Below are positions 11,191 to 25,240 of a DNA stretch of 59,520 nucleotides, in pieces. Location: NCBI GenBank assembly GCA_024137785.1, contig JAHRHZ010000084.1:7217573-7277092 (forward strand). The letters are read 5' to 3'. Every line of letters starts with the position of its first letter. Position 1 is the stretch's first letter. The notes under the pieces are model-generated. The model was not told the origin of the DNA. It was given only the letters and a program-made list of their open reading frames with translations, and did no database searches. Made by a program: the position numbers and the translations under genes. Source of the stretch: Ginglymostoma cirratum (taxonomy: Eukaryota).

Positions 11191-14100
11191 CTGTATTATC
11201 CTCATTTACACACATAGCCACGTCCACGAAACATTCAATAAAATTTGTTCGACATTGTCTCCACTAAATTAAACCCTGATGGCTTTACTTAATTACCCCT
11301 TGCCTCTATAACTGAAGATTAATTCTGTCATTCAGAATGTTTTCCAAACTTCCCGGACCACATGACTCAGGCCTGTAGTTTCCTGGTTTATCCCATAACC
11401 CTTCTTGAATAAAACCGTCCTCTAGTCCTCCGACATACTTGTTCTGGTAGAGAGGATTGAATATTAATGGCAGAGCCCCTAAAACCTCCTCTCTTGCCTC
11501 CCACAGCAGCTTTACTTACATCTGGGTCTGGAGGTTAATCTGCTTTCAAGCCTGCTAAAATTTATAAGACCTTCTTCGCCTTAATGTTAATAGGTTCGAC
11601 AATAACTTAGTTGATACAATTGTCCTTCCCTCAATTCAGAACCCTTATTACCAGTCTATCTCTGTTCTTATCCGTAATTTATTTAAATCTTTCAGTATTG
11701 TGGTCACTACCACTGAAATGCTGCCCCACTGCCACATCTACCAATGCCAGATCTACCCTGCTTTGCTCCTGATAATTAACTGTAACAAGCCAGCAGCAGC
11801 CACCGCAACTCCCCACCCCTCCACACTTCCACCAACCAGCCCAACTCACTAATTGTTGGCTCATAAAGCTCTCATGAACACATTTGAAGAATTCCACCTG
11901 CTCTCAGCCATTCATATTTTATCTAAGCCAGCTAACATCGGAGAAGGTGAAATCCCCTACTTCCATTTCCCAAAAAAATTTAACAATTCCCTTTGATTTG
12001 ATTTATTGTCTATATATCTGTCTTTCTACCTCTCCCTGACTGATTGAGATCTATAGTATAACCATACAAATAGTACCCACTTTTTGCCCTTAAGTATTAG
12101 CGAAATCAACACATTTGTCTTTATATACGAACTGTACGGAGACACTTTAGGAACTTTCTAAGACATGATCCCTCCTTACTGCAGTAATTGATTCTGATCA
12201 ATATTGTGATAACACATTTTCTTTTGCAGTCCCTTCCTATACTTGGCTTAAAGATTCTCTGCCCTGTAACATTGAGTAGTCAGTACCTTTCTTCCCACAG
12301 CAATGTCTCCACAATAACAATGATATCATATCCTCATGTTTTAATCAAAACCTTCAACTCATCTGGCTTACACACCAAGTCATTATATTAAAATAAATGA
12401 CATCCAGCTCTTCCACACTTACACGTGCATTTATTTTCTTATGTTTGCACTGCCTTCTGTACCGACTCGATTATTCTTCTGCATTTGTCTGGGCATTCCT
12501 CTACGGTACTTCCACTTCATATTTTTACCTCCTACCTCAATAGTGTATGCGCGCATCAACACACTAGTAAGCTGCCCCATAAGTATGATTGTCGTGTTGT
12601 TGTTGAAGTGACCTTCCTGACCTTGGTCCCTGGGAGGCAACGAACCAAGTTGGAGTTACGTCTGTGGTTGCAGAGTTGCCTGTCTTTATCTCTCACTATT
12701 CAATGTCCTATTGCCATTGTTCTCTCTCTATCTCCTTTCTTGCGCAGCTGGGCACTGGCTGCACTCTCACTGTTTTCCAACACAGAAGATGCATTGTTGT
12801 GTGAGAAGCACTCTGATGCTTTCCTAAACTGCCACCCTTCCTCTGACTGATGTTCACCCATTGCCTCCATCATTGGAAATTATATAAGCAGCGGAGTGAT
12901 CATGTCCGGAATTGCAACCCACATAACTCTCAGCCTCACGGATGAGTTGTTGTGTCTCCAAAGACTGGCAATCAAGCTCATCAAACCAGTGTCACATTCT
13001 GCAGATGCCATCATCCCGATTGCCAGGAGTATTCATAGCTGCAGATGGTACAACATGCCGGGCTGAACTCCCCTGCAAAATTGGGAGATTTCTGTTATTC
13101 ACCACAACCAACAAAACCAAATGGAGGCACTTGGAAGCTTCATGCCTGTGCAAGGGAGATAAACTCTTCCCATACAAAAGGTGTATCTCGAACTACTGTT
13201 ACAAACTTTAAATATCATTCTGTTTTTAAGTAGACATTAAATTCTATGAATGTACTGATTACCTGTAATACATGTCATTCTCTTCATCTAATCATGCTTC
13301 AATTTCTTCTATGACGTTTGCACAGTAAAATCGCAGCAGGGCACATGCATAGGGAGGAGGGGAGGTAAACAGATGCTGAACAACAATGTCCTTAAACTTC
13401 TTTGAGTGGGACTCTTAACCCTTACATTTTGTAAAATCCTATCGGTTGATTGTTCCTGTACAATGGCTTAAAATCTTAGTGTGACTCTTTTGGCCTTCTT
13501 CTCATAGGAAATGATCCTTTAGCTATGGGCGTATCATTATTCACATCGAAAAGTTATCATTTCACTGCCCTGTAGCAGTCTCTACAACTATGGCACATGA
13601 CCATTTTATTTTAACTCTTTCTCCTCTTTTTGTGCCAAGTTTGTTCGGCTAACCATTGCGTTCTTGGGGAATTTTAACATGCTGGATTAATTCAACATTT
13701 TTTTCCGACTTCATATTACTTGCTTCAAACAACATGGCCCAGAAGATTTATTACTTTTGTTGCAATTTCTTTTCCCCCATTCACCTGCTATACCTTGCCT
13801 CCGTCTTAAGCCGACTTCCCTTATTATAACGTTAAACTATTCCTCTTGGGCTTACAACCCTACAATGGTCTTTATACTATTACTTAATTCCATTGATTCT
13901 AACTTTAACTTATTTCTGGTGCTTAACAACATAATTTACAGATAGTCCCTATCAACAAATACATTTACCTAATTTCTGTGGTATTACTTGTTATTTATCA
14001 TTCATTCTACTCTTTCATCTCCATTGTTTTCGCATTGTTCTGTTAGCTTCCTGAAACTGATGCCTTTTCTGTCCGAACAATTTCTATTTCTCCAATTTCC

Positions 14101-14610
14101 TTGTAGATTTCCTTATGACCAACTTTCTACGACCAACTGTAGGTATTTGGTAACATAGGTGCTTGCTAGAACTGCTGCTCCTCAGGTGTACAATATTTGA
14201 TACTCTTGTAAATCAGTCTTAAGAGTTGGAATCCTTGCATAATTATGATTTCCCTCATGCTCTCAAGGTTTTCCTCTAACTTTAGTAAAAAAAAACTTCA
14301 ACATTGCAAATTCTTCACATATCTCATTAGTTTTCTTTACCATCACAATTAAATCTGCATTGATACCTTTAAGGCCAAGTTGTATGCATTTACAATTGCT
14401 ATTCAGTTTGACATTTCATTGTCTGCAGACTGCACCTTTTGCAAACTGACATTCGCGTTCGTAGTTGTACACGTCGAAAAATCCTATAACATTCAAGAGC
14501 AAACATCATTCAGTTCCTATATTTTCCGGGATATCTTCACAAATCAGGTTAAATAACATTTCACTCAATTGCCTGTAACAATAATTAACGTTTCAAACAA
14601 AAAACAATTT

Positions 14611-14750
14611 CAGTTCTGAAGAAGCGTCACTGGACCAGAAACGTTAACCACCTTTTTCTCCACAGATACTGCCAGAACTGCTGAAATTTTTCCAACAGTT
14701 TCTGCTTTTGTTTCTTATTTCCAACATCTGCAGCTCTTTGTTTTTATTCT
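14611..14750 (+). mobile_element. Penelope-derived short repeat with a decayed hammerhead core
   Basis: CTGAAGA-agcgtcactggacca-GAAA-CGTTA at 14616-14646, followed by the family tail (cacagatactgccagaactgctga...catctgcag). Confidence 0.65.
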
Positions 14751-15464
14751 AATCACAAAATATTTCATTTTCCTCCGTAATTTGACCTGTTCATGGGGAT
14801 TTAACTTGATTGAATGAATGTTCCGTCCACCTACTTCGGTGATTCTCGTGCGCAGAACAGTAAGGTTCACCCTGAAGATCTCAATGTGTCTCGATTGCGT
14901 AAGGACAACTCGAAAGTGGGATTTCCATTAGAGAGCGCGCCTAGAAGGTAGTTAAAACATAAAATAGCTTTCCAGCGGTTATCATCCCGCAGCGGAGTGA
15001 CATACAGCTACAAATTGTCTCTTTTCAGGCTCCAAAGTCAACTTCGTTCATCGGCTTTTTAAAAGTACTTTTAAACATGTTTATTTATTTACCTTGAAAG
15101 TAGTGACATCTCCACCGGCAGCGAACACATCTCGAAAGGAAACAGCGACCTCCTCTGGTCAGTCTGCTTTAGCGTTGAGCGAAGACTTTTAAAGGATTTC
15201 GAAGTTTTTGAGAAATAAAGAGATCACTATATTTCATTGGAAATAACAGTCAAAGGAAATTTTAGAAATTGCTTTGATGTCGGGATAATGTTTCATTACA
15301 GAAAAAAAAATATTCGCCTTTCACAAACACTGGACTTCCCATAGTGGTTACTGCCACCCTTTGAAGTGTACTGACAGCTGTGATGAAGGAGATGCCACAG
15401 CCAATTCGCACACTGCAAACTTCCCCAATTAGCAATGTGATAGTGACCAGGTAAACATTTGCTC

Positions 15465-15526
15465 GTGCGCGAGAGCGTGCGCGCGCGCGCGTGTGTGTGT
15501 GAGAGAGAGAGAGAAAGCGAGAGAGA
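15465..15526. repeat. Compound microsatellite (GC)n(GT)n(GA)n
   Basis: Seen directly. Confidence 0.9.
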
Positions 15527-17559
15527 CAGTCGGAGAGGGAAGGTGACGCAGAGAGACAGATGCTGACTAAATGGTAAAGATTGAAGACACTCGATTAATT
15601 CCTTCGTTCTAATTCAAAGAGGTGACCATGGATCCTTTACGTTCTCACAGGAGGGTGAAAGAGGACTTGGGTTAACGTCGCACGCGTAAAGCAATGCTTC
15701 CAACAGCGTGACTTGTTCAGTCCTGCACTGGAATGTCAACCTAAATATCTGCTGCTTTTGAACTCGGGCTGTCGTCAACCTACTCCTTCGACAGAAGTGA
15801 GGCTGCTACCATCTGATCAACAGCTAGCATTCAAATCAATTTATGAGAATGAAAGGTGCGGGAGACCTGATCAAGGTAATTGGTATTACGAAGGAATCTG
15901 ACTGGGTTGATCATTCAGAGAAAATATTTTCATTTGTGATCGAATGGTCAACTAGATGATATAAACTTATTAGACATTGTGAAATCGGAAAGTGAGTTTG
16001 TGCATACGAAACAGAAATAAACTAAAGGATAATTAAAAAGTACAGCGGTCGTGGCAGAGGAAGACCAAAGGAGGTAATCCTTTGGCTGCGAATTCTATTT
16101 CTCTTTGCAAAATGTCCTCCCACTGCTGAAAACCGAGCTGACCCGGAATTAGGTTTCTCAGTAATTTGAGGTCACATGTTCGATTCCAAGAGACTGCCTA
16201 TTATGGCAATGCAATTGTGTACGGATGTGTACGGAATGTCTGTTGGGATATTTATGTATGTTGCTCTGCATGTGCCTGTGATTTCTGCAACATAAGAGCG
16301 ACCTTACCTTATTGGTTTTAAAGTGTTTTAAAGTGCTTCGATCCTTCCTGGCTGCCATGGTTAAGAATAAAACTCACTTTATTTGTAAGTGTGCGTGAAC
16401 TTGTGTGCGCATCGGTTTTGTGCTTGCATCTTTATTTTTAGGTGATTTTGCTTTTAGTCCATGCTAAAATCGATGTATGTATAACTCATCCCAACACCAC
16501 TTCAGTCAGTATTTCATATTCACTGAGCCACATTGCCTTCTGATTCTGCAACGTCTTTCGTTTGAAATCCTCTTTAACATTTTAAATCCCTCCAGTCCAG
16601 GACATAGTCTCCGTTACAATCCTGATCTCTTGGCCAGGTTTAATTTCTACGTTCCGCCTTTGGCAACGACGCCTTGAACGATACGAGTCCACATGTCTGG
16701 AAGCTGATCACGAACCAAGTCTGTTTCTGTCTCATCTTTTAAAACCTGCCTTTTTGTCCAAGCTGTTTTCATCACTAAATTAATTTGGTCCGTCCATAAA
16801 GTCCTTGCCAATCGCCTTCATATTTTACTACGTTGTAGGTGCTATATAAATGTAACTTGCCGAATGCGTGTGTCCTATGATTTTGCTTGTGCGTGGGAGT
16901 GCCTCCTTACACATTTGTTCCCTTGGTAAATGTTATTTTTACTTGTAACGCATTCTACGTTGACAGAGAGTTCAGACCACGCAGACACTATTTTCGATTT
17001 ATGCTTCGGATGAACTATTATCGCTGCTCACGTTTCAAAGTTTGCAACATATTTATTTTTAAAGAAAGATTCAGTACAGTTGAAGAGAATGGAAACACTT
17101 GTGGTTAGATCTTTAGCCCGTTTCAAGACCTGCAAGTGTAGCAATACTTGCATTTTCGCGTTCGAATTGAAAGGAGGCTAATTTTTAAAATTGCACTTCC
17201 TGCCTGGCAGCTGCCAAACCAGCCTCTCCGAACACATCTGCAAGTTTTATGTTTAGCAATGTCCCAGTGCGCTACCTCTGAAAACGAAATGAAATCTGAA
17301 ACAATCGTTTTGACATCACGTATATTTGAACACTACCTATAATTAACTTTAGACACGTATACCTCGTAGACACGTATACACGTGTACCTAAAAAACATCC
17401 TACTTGACCGTCTGAACAAGGTTAATTGAACCCGAAATGTCAACTCCGCTTTGTCTCCACAGCTGTTGCCAGACCTGCTGAGGTTTTCCAGCAATTTCAA
17501 CTTCTGATTTGTAATTTGGTTTTCGTGAAGTCGGTGAGGGAGGACCTCACGGATGACCA

Positions 17560-18570
17560 GGCCAACAACTACAATATTGCGCTGTAACATGCCCTGAGGA
17601 ACCCATCATTCCTATTTATTCACATAGATACTTCCAGAAAGGGAAGCATGCAATTGTAACTGTCAGTGTCCCTTTGCATCACCACTGGCTTCAACAGCTC
17701 TGTAACTGGTTTACAGTGATGGCAGATCAAATGGAAGAAGTGGAAATCTCAGCCGTGATTATAGGTTCCAGAAGATTTCTGGTTCTCTATTTACATTGGC
17801 ACCTCCCAACTATCATAATCCACGGTGAGCCCCGAGACAAACGCGATATACCTCAGCTGACTTCCTTTGGCGCGAGCATTGTGGATGAAATCCAACATCG
17901 ACTCCAGTGTGCAGTAACAGCCGACAGACAACTGAGGAATACAGAGTTCGACGTCTGAGATCTCAAACTCACCACCGATCTCGTTGTCTGCAAAGCAAGG
18001 GTGGCTCTCGCTCTCCCATACGCATCAAAAATATCGACCACGAACACCGGGAACCACAACTTCTTTAGTGTTAAATTTAGAGCTGCATTCAGAAAATCCG
18101 GCAAACCCCTTGGCAAGAAAGGCATACCAACATGAACGTCCTCTCCCAGGCCAATACCCCCAGTGTCAAGATACTGGCCACACACAACCAGCTGTGATGG
18201 GCGGCCAAGTTGTTCATATGTCTCACACAAGCCTCTCTAAACAATTGCTCTACTCCATGGGACACATGGGAATTGTTTGTCGTGGAATGTGCATACTGGG
18301 GAAGAAGCATTTTCCAAGGCTAAACCATTTGCAAGTGGAGCACATAGAGGCCAACCCCAAATACAGAAAAAGAGCGCAGAATCCAGAGCATTCCACCTAT
18401 CCATCATCAAACACCACGTACACCGCCTGTGACATTGCTTGCGAATACAGGTTTGGAGTATTCAGAGACAGCAGAACACCATCACACCCAACCACCAGCA
18501 CACTCCCCAAGCCCTAACCCCTTCCGAGTTGAAACAAACTACCCTCAACCCTGTGGGACTGCCAAAGGTA
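17560..18570 (+). mobile_element. Decayed RTE-clade LINE 3' part
   Basis: QL*WA..VVHMSHTSLSKQLLYS resembles RTE QLRWAGHVxRMxxxRLPKQLLY; C-terminal 'YTACDIACEYRFGVFRDSRT' resembles the RTE CxxCGRxCxSRIGLxSHxRxH motif. Confidence 0.7.
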
Positions 18571-20074
18571 AACATTGGGAAGTGAGAGTAACAGGCAGTG
18601 AAAAATAGCAATAGGAAAGCACAGTCCATTATCACCACGACACTGACCTGTCATAATACCAGGACCATAATGCACACATGACTCGCAGGCATCCAGGAAT
18701 GCTTCCTCAATTCCAACTTCCATTATACTTGCAGATTTTCACATATGCCACTTTGATGAAAGACTGACCAATCTGCATTCATATGTAGCACCTCCTTCCT
18801 TCCCTAACGAAAAGTTCCAAAATCTGTCACACTGATTAGCACAGGCAAATGTGGAAGAATTGTGCGCACAATATGCTCCATTTACAACAACGTGAAGCAC
18901 ATTTGGTTTTTACTACCACGAAATGCTCCAATAGATCTTCTTGAAGTACCTTCACTGTCACAATACAGGGAAAGATGACAGGCAATTAGCAAACTGAAAG
19001 AAATAACAGCAAATAGCAATGATGTGTCAGTCCAAAAACATTGAAGGTCATTTTCGGTTGAAAAATATTGGCCAGGCACTGGGAGATCTTGACATGGCAG
19101 GGCTCCAGCTGAGAAAGCGGAAATCCATGGTATTTTATCTCTTGCTCAGAAGAGCAAGTCCAGGCACATGTCCGTTATGTGATTTAACTATAGGAGGTGC
19201 AAGGTTGTAGGGGTAGTGGAGGGGGGTGATTCTGGGTGGGAACTCTTCAAAGGGTTGATGTGGACACTATAGGCCAAATGGCCTTCTTCCACACTGTAGG
19301 AATTTTATGATTCTGTGACATTTTCGTGTAGCTTCATGACTTTTTGGAACACACAGCAAATATTACATAGAACAAAAGCAAACTGAGTGTAGACAGTCTC
19401 GCATTCCTACCAATCACCAGGAAGTAGCGCTAAAATCTCCTTCTCTCGAAAGTAAAACTTCAGTAGATTGCATTGATCGCCACCAAGTCTTCTTCCAACC
19501 AATCCATAATGTTCTTCTCCCCACCACCAACCCCCACCCTACTCCATGCGCCACAGCTTCTCTTCCCCAGTTGTGTTAATAATAAAACTAAGTTTGAGAG
19601 GCTGGAACAAGTAGTTGGGATGGATTTACCTGGAAGCCAGACAAAAGGCAGAATGATAGATTTAGATGAACAAAGGTGCGAGGAAGATCGAGGGAAGAAA
19701 CAAGTGGACTATTTGTGATAAAAGATCTGTCTCCATTATTTTGGTTTCACACAAGAAAACAATATGATTAGTGTAGAAAAATTCCTTTTGTCATATTTGA
19801 TCATTGTCCCTCAAATGCAGGTTATCTACAATGAAAATATGATCCTGAAAAGAAGTCTGGAATGCAAAAACTATACCAACATCAACCATACAAATACTGT
19901 CGATTTTCATCAAAGCAAACAAGCGTTATTCCCCATTCCAAAGGGCAGTTGACAGTTAACCATGTTGCTGTGTAGGTCATACCAGAAAAGGCAAGCAGGT
20001 TTCCTTCCCAAAAGGACATTAGTGAACCATGTGGTACTTGTGTGTTCTATATGTTACTTGCCATTTATGATTTT

Positions 20075-20417
20075 TTTAGTTATTCATTCACAGGATGCAG
20101 GCGTCGCTGGCTAGGCAGCATTTATTGCCCATCCCGCAGTTAAGAGCCAATCACGTTGCTGAGGGTCTGGAGTCACATGTAGGTCTGACCAGGTAAGGAT
20201 GGTAGTTTCCTTCCCTAAAGGACATTAGCGAACCAGATAGGTGCTTCCTGACAACCCACAAGGGATTCATGGTCATCATTAGATTCTTAATTCCAGATAT
20301 TTATTGAATTCAGATTACACAATCTGCCGTGGTGGGATTCGAACCTAGGTCCCCAGAACATTACCTAGGTTTTTGGATTAATAGTCCAGTGATAATACCA
20401 TGACGAGACTGCCTCCC
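20075..20417 (-). mobile_element. tRNA-derived shark SINE, near full length
   Basis: Minus strand starts gggaggc..tggtattat (A-box region), has B-box ggttcgaatccc (plus gggattcgaacc ~20334-20345) and a 3' tail shared with the LINE at 48620. Confidence 0.8.
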
Positions 20418-23400
20418 TGAGCCCAAGACTAAATGTTGTTTCTTTTTGCTGAGCTTGGACATGTCCAAATTCAGTTTCTGAGAAGTTGTAACTAGTAATG
20501 AATATTCTGCAATTATCAATAAACATGTCCACTTTCAACTTTATGCCAGAGTGAAGATTATTAAGAAGCATGTGAGATGGCTGAGCTAGAACGCCGTCCT
20601 ATCCTGCAGCAATGTCCTGGGATCTGAAATGATTGACTGGCAAAAAAGATACTATGACCTTCCTTGTGGTACGTATAAATCCAATCAGTGGAGATTTTTA
20701 TTTACTACTATGCCCACTCCACTGTGTCTGATTTCCACTGACGTTGCCGTCTAGGTTTCCTATGGACTACGCATAATCAGCGGCTGCCTTTATCTCAAGG
20801 GCAGTCACTGTCACCTCACCTCTGGCTCTTTGATGATGCTTGGACAAAAGGTCAAACGTGTTCCAAGGAAGAATAGATTTGATAGAACTGACAGTGAACC
20901 TCAGTGAGCAGATTGATGTTGTGCAAATGTCGCCTGATAGCACTGCTGGCGACAACTTTCAGCTCTTTGCTGAAGATGAGGAGGAGGCTGATGGAGTGTT
21001 ATTTGTCCGGATTTAATTTGTCCTGTTTTGGATTTATGACAACGGATATTTAAGTGGATTACCATTCAAATTGTTGGGTAGCTGCTATTGATTTGGGCGT
21101 GTTGAAACAGTTTGTCTAGGGCCCTTCCATGTTCTGGAACACAAGTCATTCGTGTCAATGTAAGGAATTTGCCAGGCTGCATTTTTTTTTTTCACTAGAT
21201 GTGGCAAGGTACGCTTCAAACAATTGAGATACACAAGACCAGCATTGTGGAATAGAAGCTCTATTGCAAGGTAAATATCATGAGCTTCTTACATTTCTTT
21301 TCATGAAAATCCTTAGAGAGAATAATCGAATTTTGTTTACGGCATACAGCTGGCCGCTTACTGGGGTTCATTGAGAAGTCAGTTCAGGGCTGGGGCAATT
21401 TGACTGGGACAATCATTCTTCATGGTCAAAATGTCACTGCGCTATCACGTTTTCAGAATAAATTGTCTCAATTTCTTTGCATTAACATAAACTTCAGGAA
21501 AATCTAAAATTGCATTCATGCTTTTGTGCAACAACAGACCTAAGCGCAGTTTAACACTATGACAGCCATTACTGTCATGTTACTTAGTTCAAATATCAGG
21601 GCTTCTACATTTATGCTTCGGAAAGATCTGCAGTCTTAACAGTGATGGAAACTTGAATCATAAATTTAGTCACATTTTATTATTGCAAGAAGATAGGAGA
21701 GTTCAATGAAAGTAAAGACCTGCGGTCTGTGCACAGTTTTTGAGGATTGCAGGACGAATGAAATGGCAACGTACATTCTAGAAGTCACTAATAAAGAGAA
21801 GGTGCATAAAGCGAGGAAGTTGCACGTAACATGCGTTAAAAGCTATTTAGGTCTCGGCTGGAGTGTTATGTACAAATCTGCCAAAACCCTTGGTGGAGAC
21901 TTAAACGAAAATGGAAACTCCACAGTAGATGTTTGCCAGAATGAAATCAGGGTCGTGATATTTACCCCTGTGGAACGATTGGAGAAGCTAAGGTTTTTCT
22001 CGTTAGAGTCAAGAAGAATGAGGCGAATGATGTTGGAGTTCAGAGTTCACAACACTTCTAAAAGGCAAATTGAAGAAAAATATTCCTAGTTCGAGAATGT
22101 TCGGAAAACAAATAACAAAGAGTTAAGGACGAAAGCACTAGGGGCTACTGAGAAGAAGTGGGGTACAAAGCAGTGCTGCTCCCTCCTTGTCCATTTTCAA
22201 AATGTGTATAGATCAAATGTACGGCAGTGATGAACAGAATTCCTCAATGGTATGCACCAACAGGTAAGGAGCAAAACCAATAAAAGACTGAACAGACTTG
22301 CAAACTGCAAGAATACCGACACTCTGAATAACCAAAGTCCCAATTCTGCTTGTTGGGGTTCTGATAACAGTCACCGGACTCGAAACGTGAACTCTGCTTT
22401 CTTCCCACAATATGCTGCTAGATCTTGGATTTGTCCACTAATTTCAGTTCTTGTTCCCACTTGCATTGTTATCTTATCTTTCAACTGTTATCAGCAAAAT
22501 GATTATCTCTTTATTCAGCTTATCGTCGCACTTCCATACGGAAATGTCAACAAACAGCGTGAATAATACTTGCTGCCTTTCAGGTTGCTAGATTAATAGC
22601 CGTAACCGTGAACCACGTGAACAGTGGTCTGGATTTTCACATTTGTCAAGTGTAAAAATAATATTATCCTCGACAGCCCTGGACTGAAGAAATCGAAATG
22701 AGCAGGGTTGTTAATTCTAATTGCTGTTCCAATGATTTCAGCTTGAGATCGTGATGCACGTGCAGCTCCTGTCCTACCAACCCCAGTATCCTGCATGTAA
22801 GTGAATACTTCAGGTGAAGTACTGAAGAAATGGTGATACCTGCGATCTGAAACATTATTTTCAGACCTAGTCAAGGCTGGAAAGTTGTTGCTGACAAATT
22901 ATTCGAAAGCAGTGCACCGGTACAGTCGGAAACACATTGTGTTCAGACAGAATCTGTTCAAGCAGCAGTGAGCAAGGAACGTTCCACTTCGTGCACTTCT
23001 GGGATTCAATACATACCATGTGACGTCTCCGGTCATGGAAGTACACTTGATAAAGTTTTCCAAACAAACCATTCAGGACACGGTCCTCAGTTACAACGAC
23101 AAAACAACGAACTTTACTTTCAGTCGCGATGTAGTGATGCCAATGGCATATGGATTCAATTCCCACATCACCTCAAATTACCATGAAGGACCTGCCTTCC
23201 AAACCTCCATTCTTTCCTGAGGTATCGTGACCGTAAAGTTAAAGGATCACCAGTCATCCATCTGTCATGAAACAGCATTCACTTGACCTGGTGAGACAAT
23301 GGCAATATTACTTTCATAACATAATCTGCCCAGTCAACAGAGGCTATGAAACGCCATTCTTGATGATAATAATTGAAATCCCTCACCCAGAATATAAGCT

Positions 23401-24841
23401 GTGCCTCTGCCACCCACTGTGCACCCAACAAATAACATCTAAAATTGGGACCAGCTGGTTCATCTGAGAGGAGAGACAGATGAAAGTTCGTAAGCACCAC
23501 AAAGTTTCTTTAACCACGGGTGGCCCGATGACATGAGACTTCATGACGTGCATTATCAGTGAGGACTTCCTTCAAACTATATGTCATTGGTACCACCACC
23601 TCTGCTGAGGTGAGACATCAGAGAAATAGGGTAAGATGCTGGCTGGAGCATTTTAAATTATGATTCCAAATGAATGACTATTTCAACATATTTCTCTACG
23701 AGTTAATGGGCCATATCTTCCCAATTTTGGCCCAGGTTGTAAAGAGGGCTTTGTAGGCTCTACAGCGCTGACATTGTCATCGTCCTTGTTTTGGCGCCTA
23801 AGCTTACGCAGGTTGATCAATCCATTCCTTTCCTTTTATCAAATCTTCTAGTAGTGAGGTACAACTCAATGGCTTGCAAAGCTATTTCAATGACTGACAA
23901 AAGCTATTTAATAATCTATAATATTACTGGAAGACAGGCCAAGACTGGGAGGGTTCTCTTCCCAAAAAGAAATAATGAAGCAAATGCATTTTTACAACAA
24001 TTGAAAATGGTATCATTTGATTAGCGTTTAATTCCAGGTTCAATTTAATTCGAATACACTATCAACTAAGAGATTAAGCTACTGTCCCAAAGCTTTGACC
24101 CAGAGTTCTAAGTTAGGAGGGCCGTGGCAACACAAAGCGCCACTGCCTCCTCTTTTGTAGAGAAATGTCAAGCAATACGTTTTGGTTTGAAAAACAACAG
24201 TGGCGCAAACAGATGCAAATGTGTGAAAGATGGCACTGTATATTGAGAAACTTGTTAAAAGTAATAAAGGATCCCGGGCATTACAAACAAATTTTAGAGA
24301 CAGAAACACAAGACTAATATCTCCAATTTGGGCGTTACACATTTGGTTGTGATCTGCAGTACACTGCCTGAGAGGGTTTTGGAGGCAAATATATTTGTGG
24401 AATTTGAACGCAGATTACATGATGATCTCAGGATAGCGACAAAATCAGAAACTTGAGACTAGGTGAGTAGGTCGTGAGCTGCAAATGTCAGTTTCAAATG
24501 ACATTTTTTTGTAGCGTATCCATTCTATTGACACTTTAAGAACTGACCAATCAGCATATTAAGTCTCGTCCGCCATTCAACGAACTCACCGCTGATCTGA
24601 TCATTCATACAGTGATACCAATAAAACCCAGTCATGGAATGAAAAATGTGTCAGTCCTTGGTTCTTGAATTGGAAAATATTATTTGGCAAAAAAGCTGCA
24701 GTTTCTGAAATCTCTGGAAAGTGACAATATCTAGAGGATTCCAATGCACGATTTCTAGTCTCTACCCGGAATGACATCTGCCTGGAGTCGGCTGAGGAAC
24801 TTCAGTGATGTGGAGGAAGTGATGCTATTTTCCTGAACAAA

Positions 24842-25240
24842 GTCACAGCCACAGAGTCATGGAGCACAGAAACAAGCATTCAGGTGCAACAAGTCCATGC
24901 CGAACATAATCCTAAACTAATGTAGTCCCACCTGCACATTCCTGGCCCATATCCCTCCAAACTTTGTCTATTCATGTGCTTATCCAATTGTCTTTTAGAC
25001 CTTGTAATTGTGTCCACATCCAACACTTCTTCAGGAAGTGGATTCCACACGCAAACCGACCGTTGTCTAAAAAAAAAGTTGCCCCTCATGTCTTTTTTTC
25101 AAATCTCTCTCCTCTCACCTTAAAAATGTGTCGCCCAAATTGCAAATCTACCATGCTAATAAAAAGACATATACCATTAACTCTATCTATCCTCGAATTA
25201 CTTTATACACTTCCATCATGTTACTGCTCAGTCAAGAAGG
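24842..25240 (-). mobile_element. CR1/HER1 LINE 3' end fragment
   Basis: ORF 24880-25089 MRGNFFFRQRSVCVWNPLPEEV..LDKHMNR is the conserved CR1 ORF2 C-terminus (FFxQRVVxxWNxLP). Confidence 0.85.

Larger units (their letters stand above)
10300..12780 (-). mobile_element. Old CR1 LINE (ORF2 and ORF1 remnants), interrupted by the Penelope palindrome
   Basis: ORF 11679-11897 retains endonuclease C-terminal 'VGQHFSGSDHN'; ~12607-12640 reads CLPGTKVRKV on the minus strand, like the CR1 ORF1 esterase motif CLPGA(K/R)V. Confidence 0.65.

Noticed and set aside
18734-18834. Putative 33-aa terminal exon shared with 53426-53526 (DFHICHFDE..QNLSH* vs GVHICCFDE..QNVSH*)
   Set aside because: Differences are mostly non-synonymous and the upstream flank is equally indel-free, so neutral segmental-duplication homology explains it.
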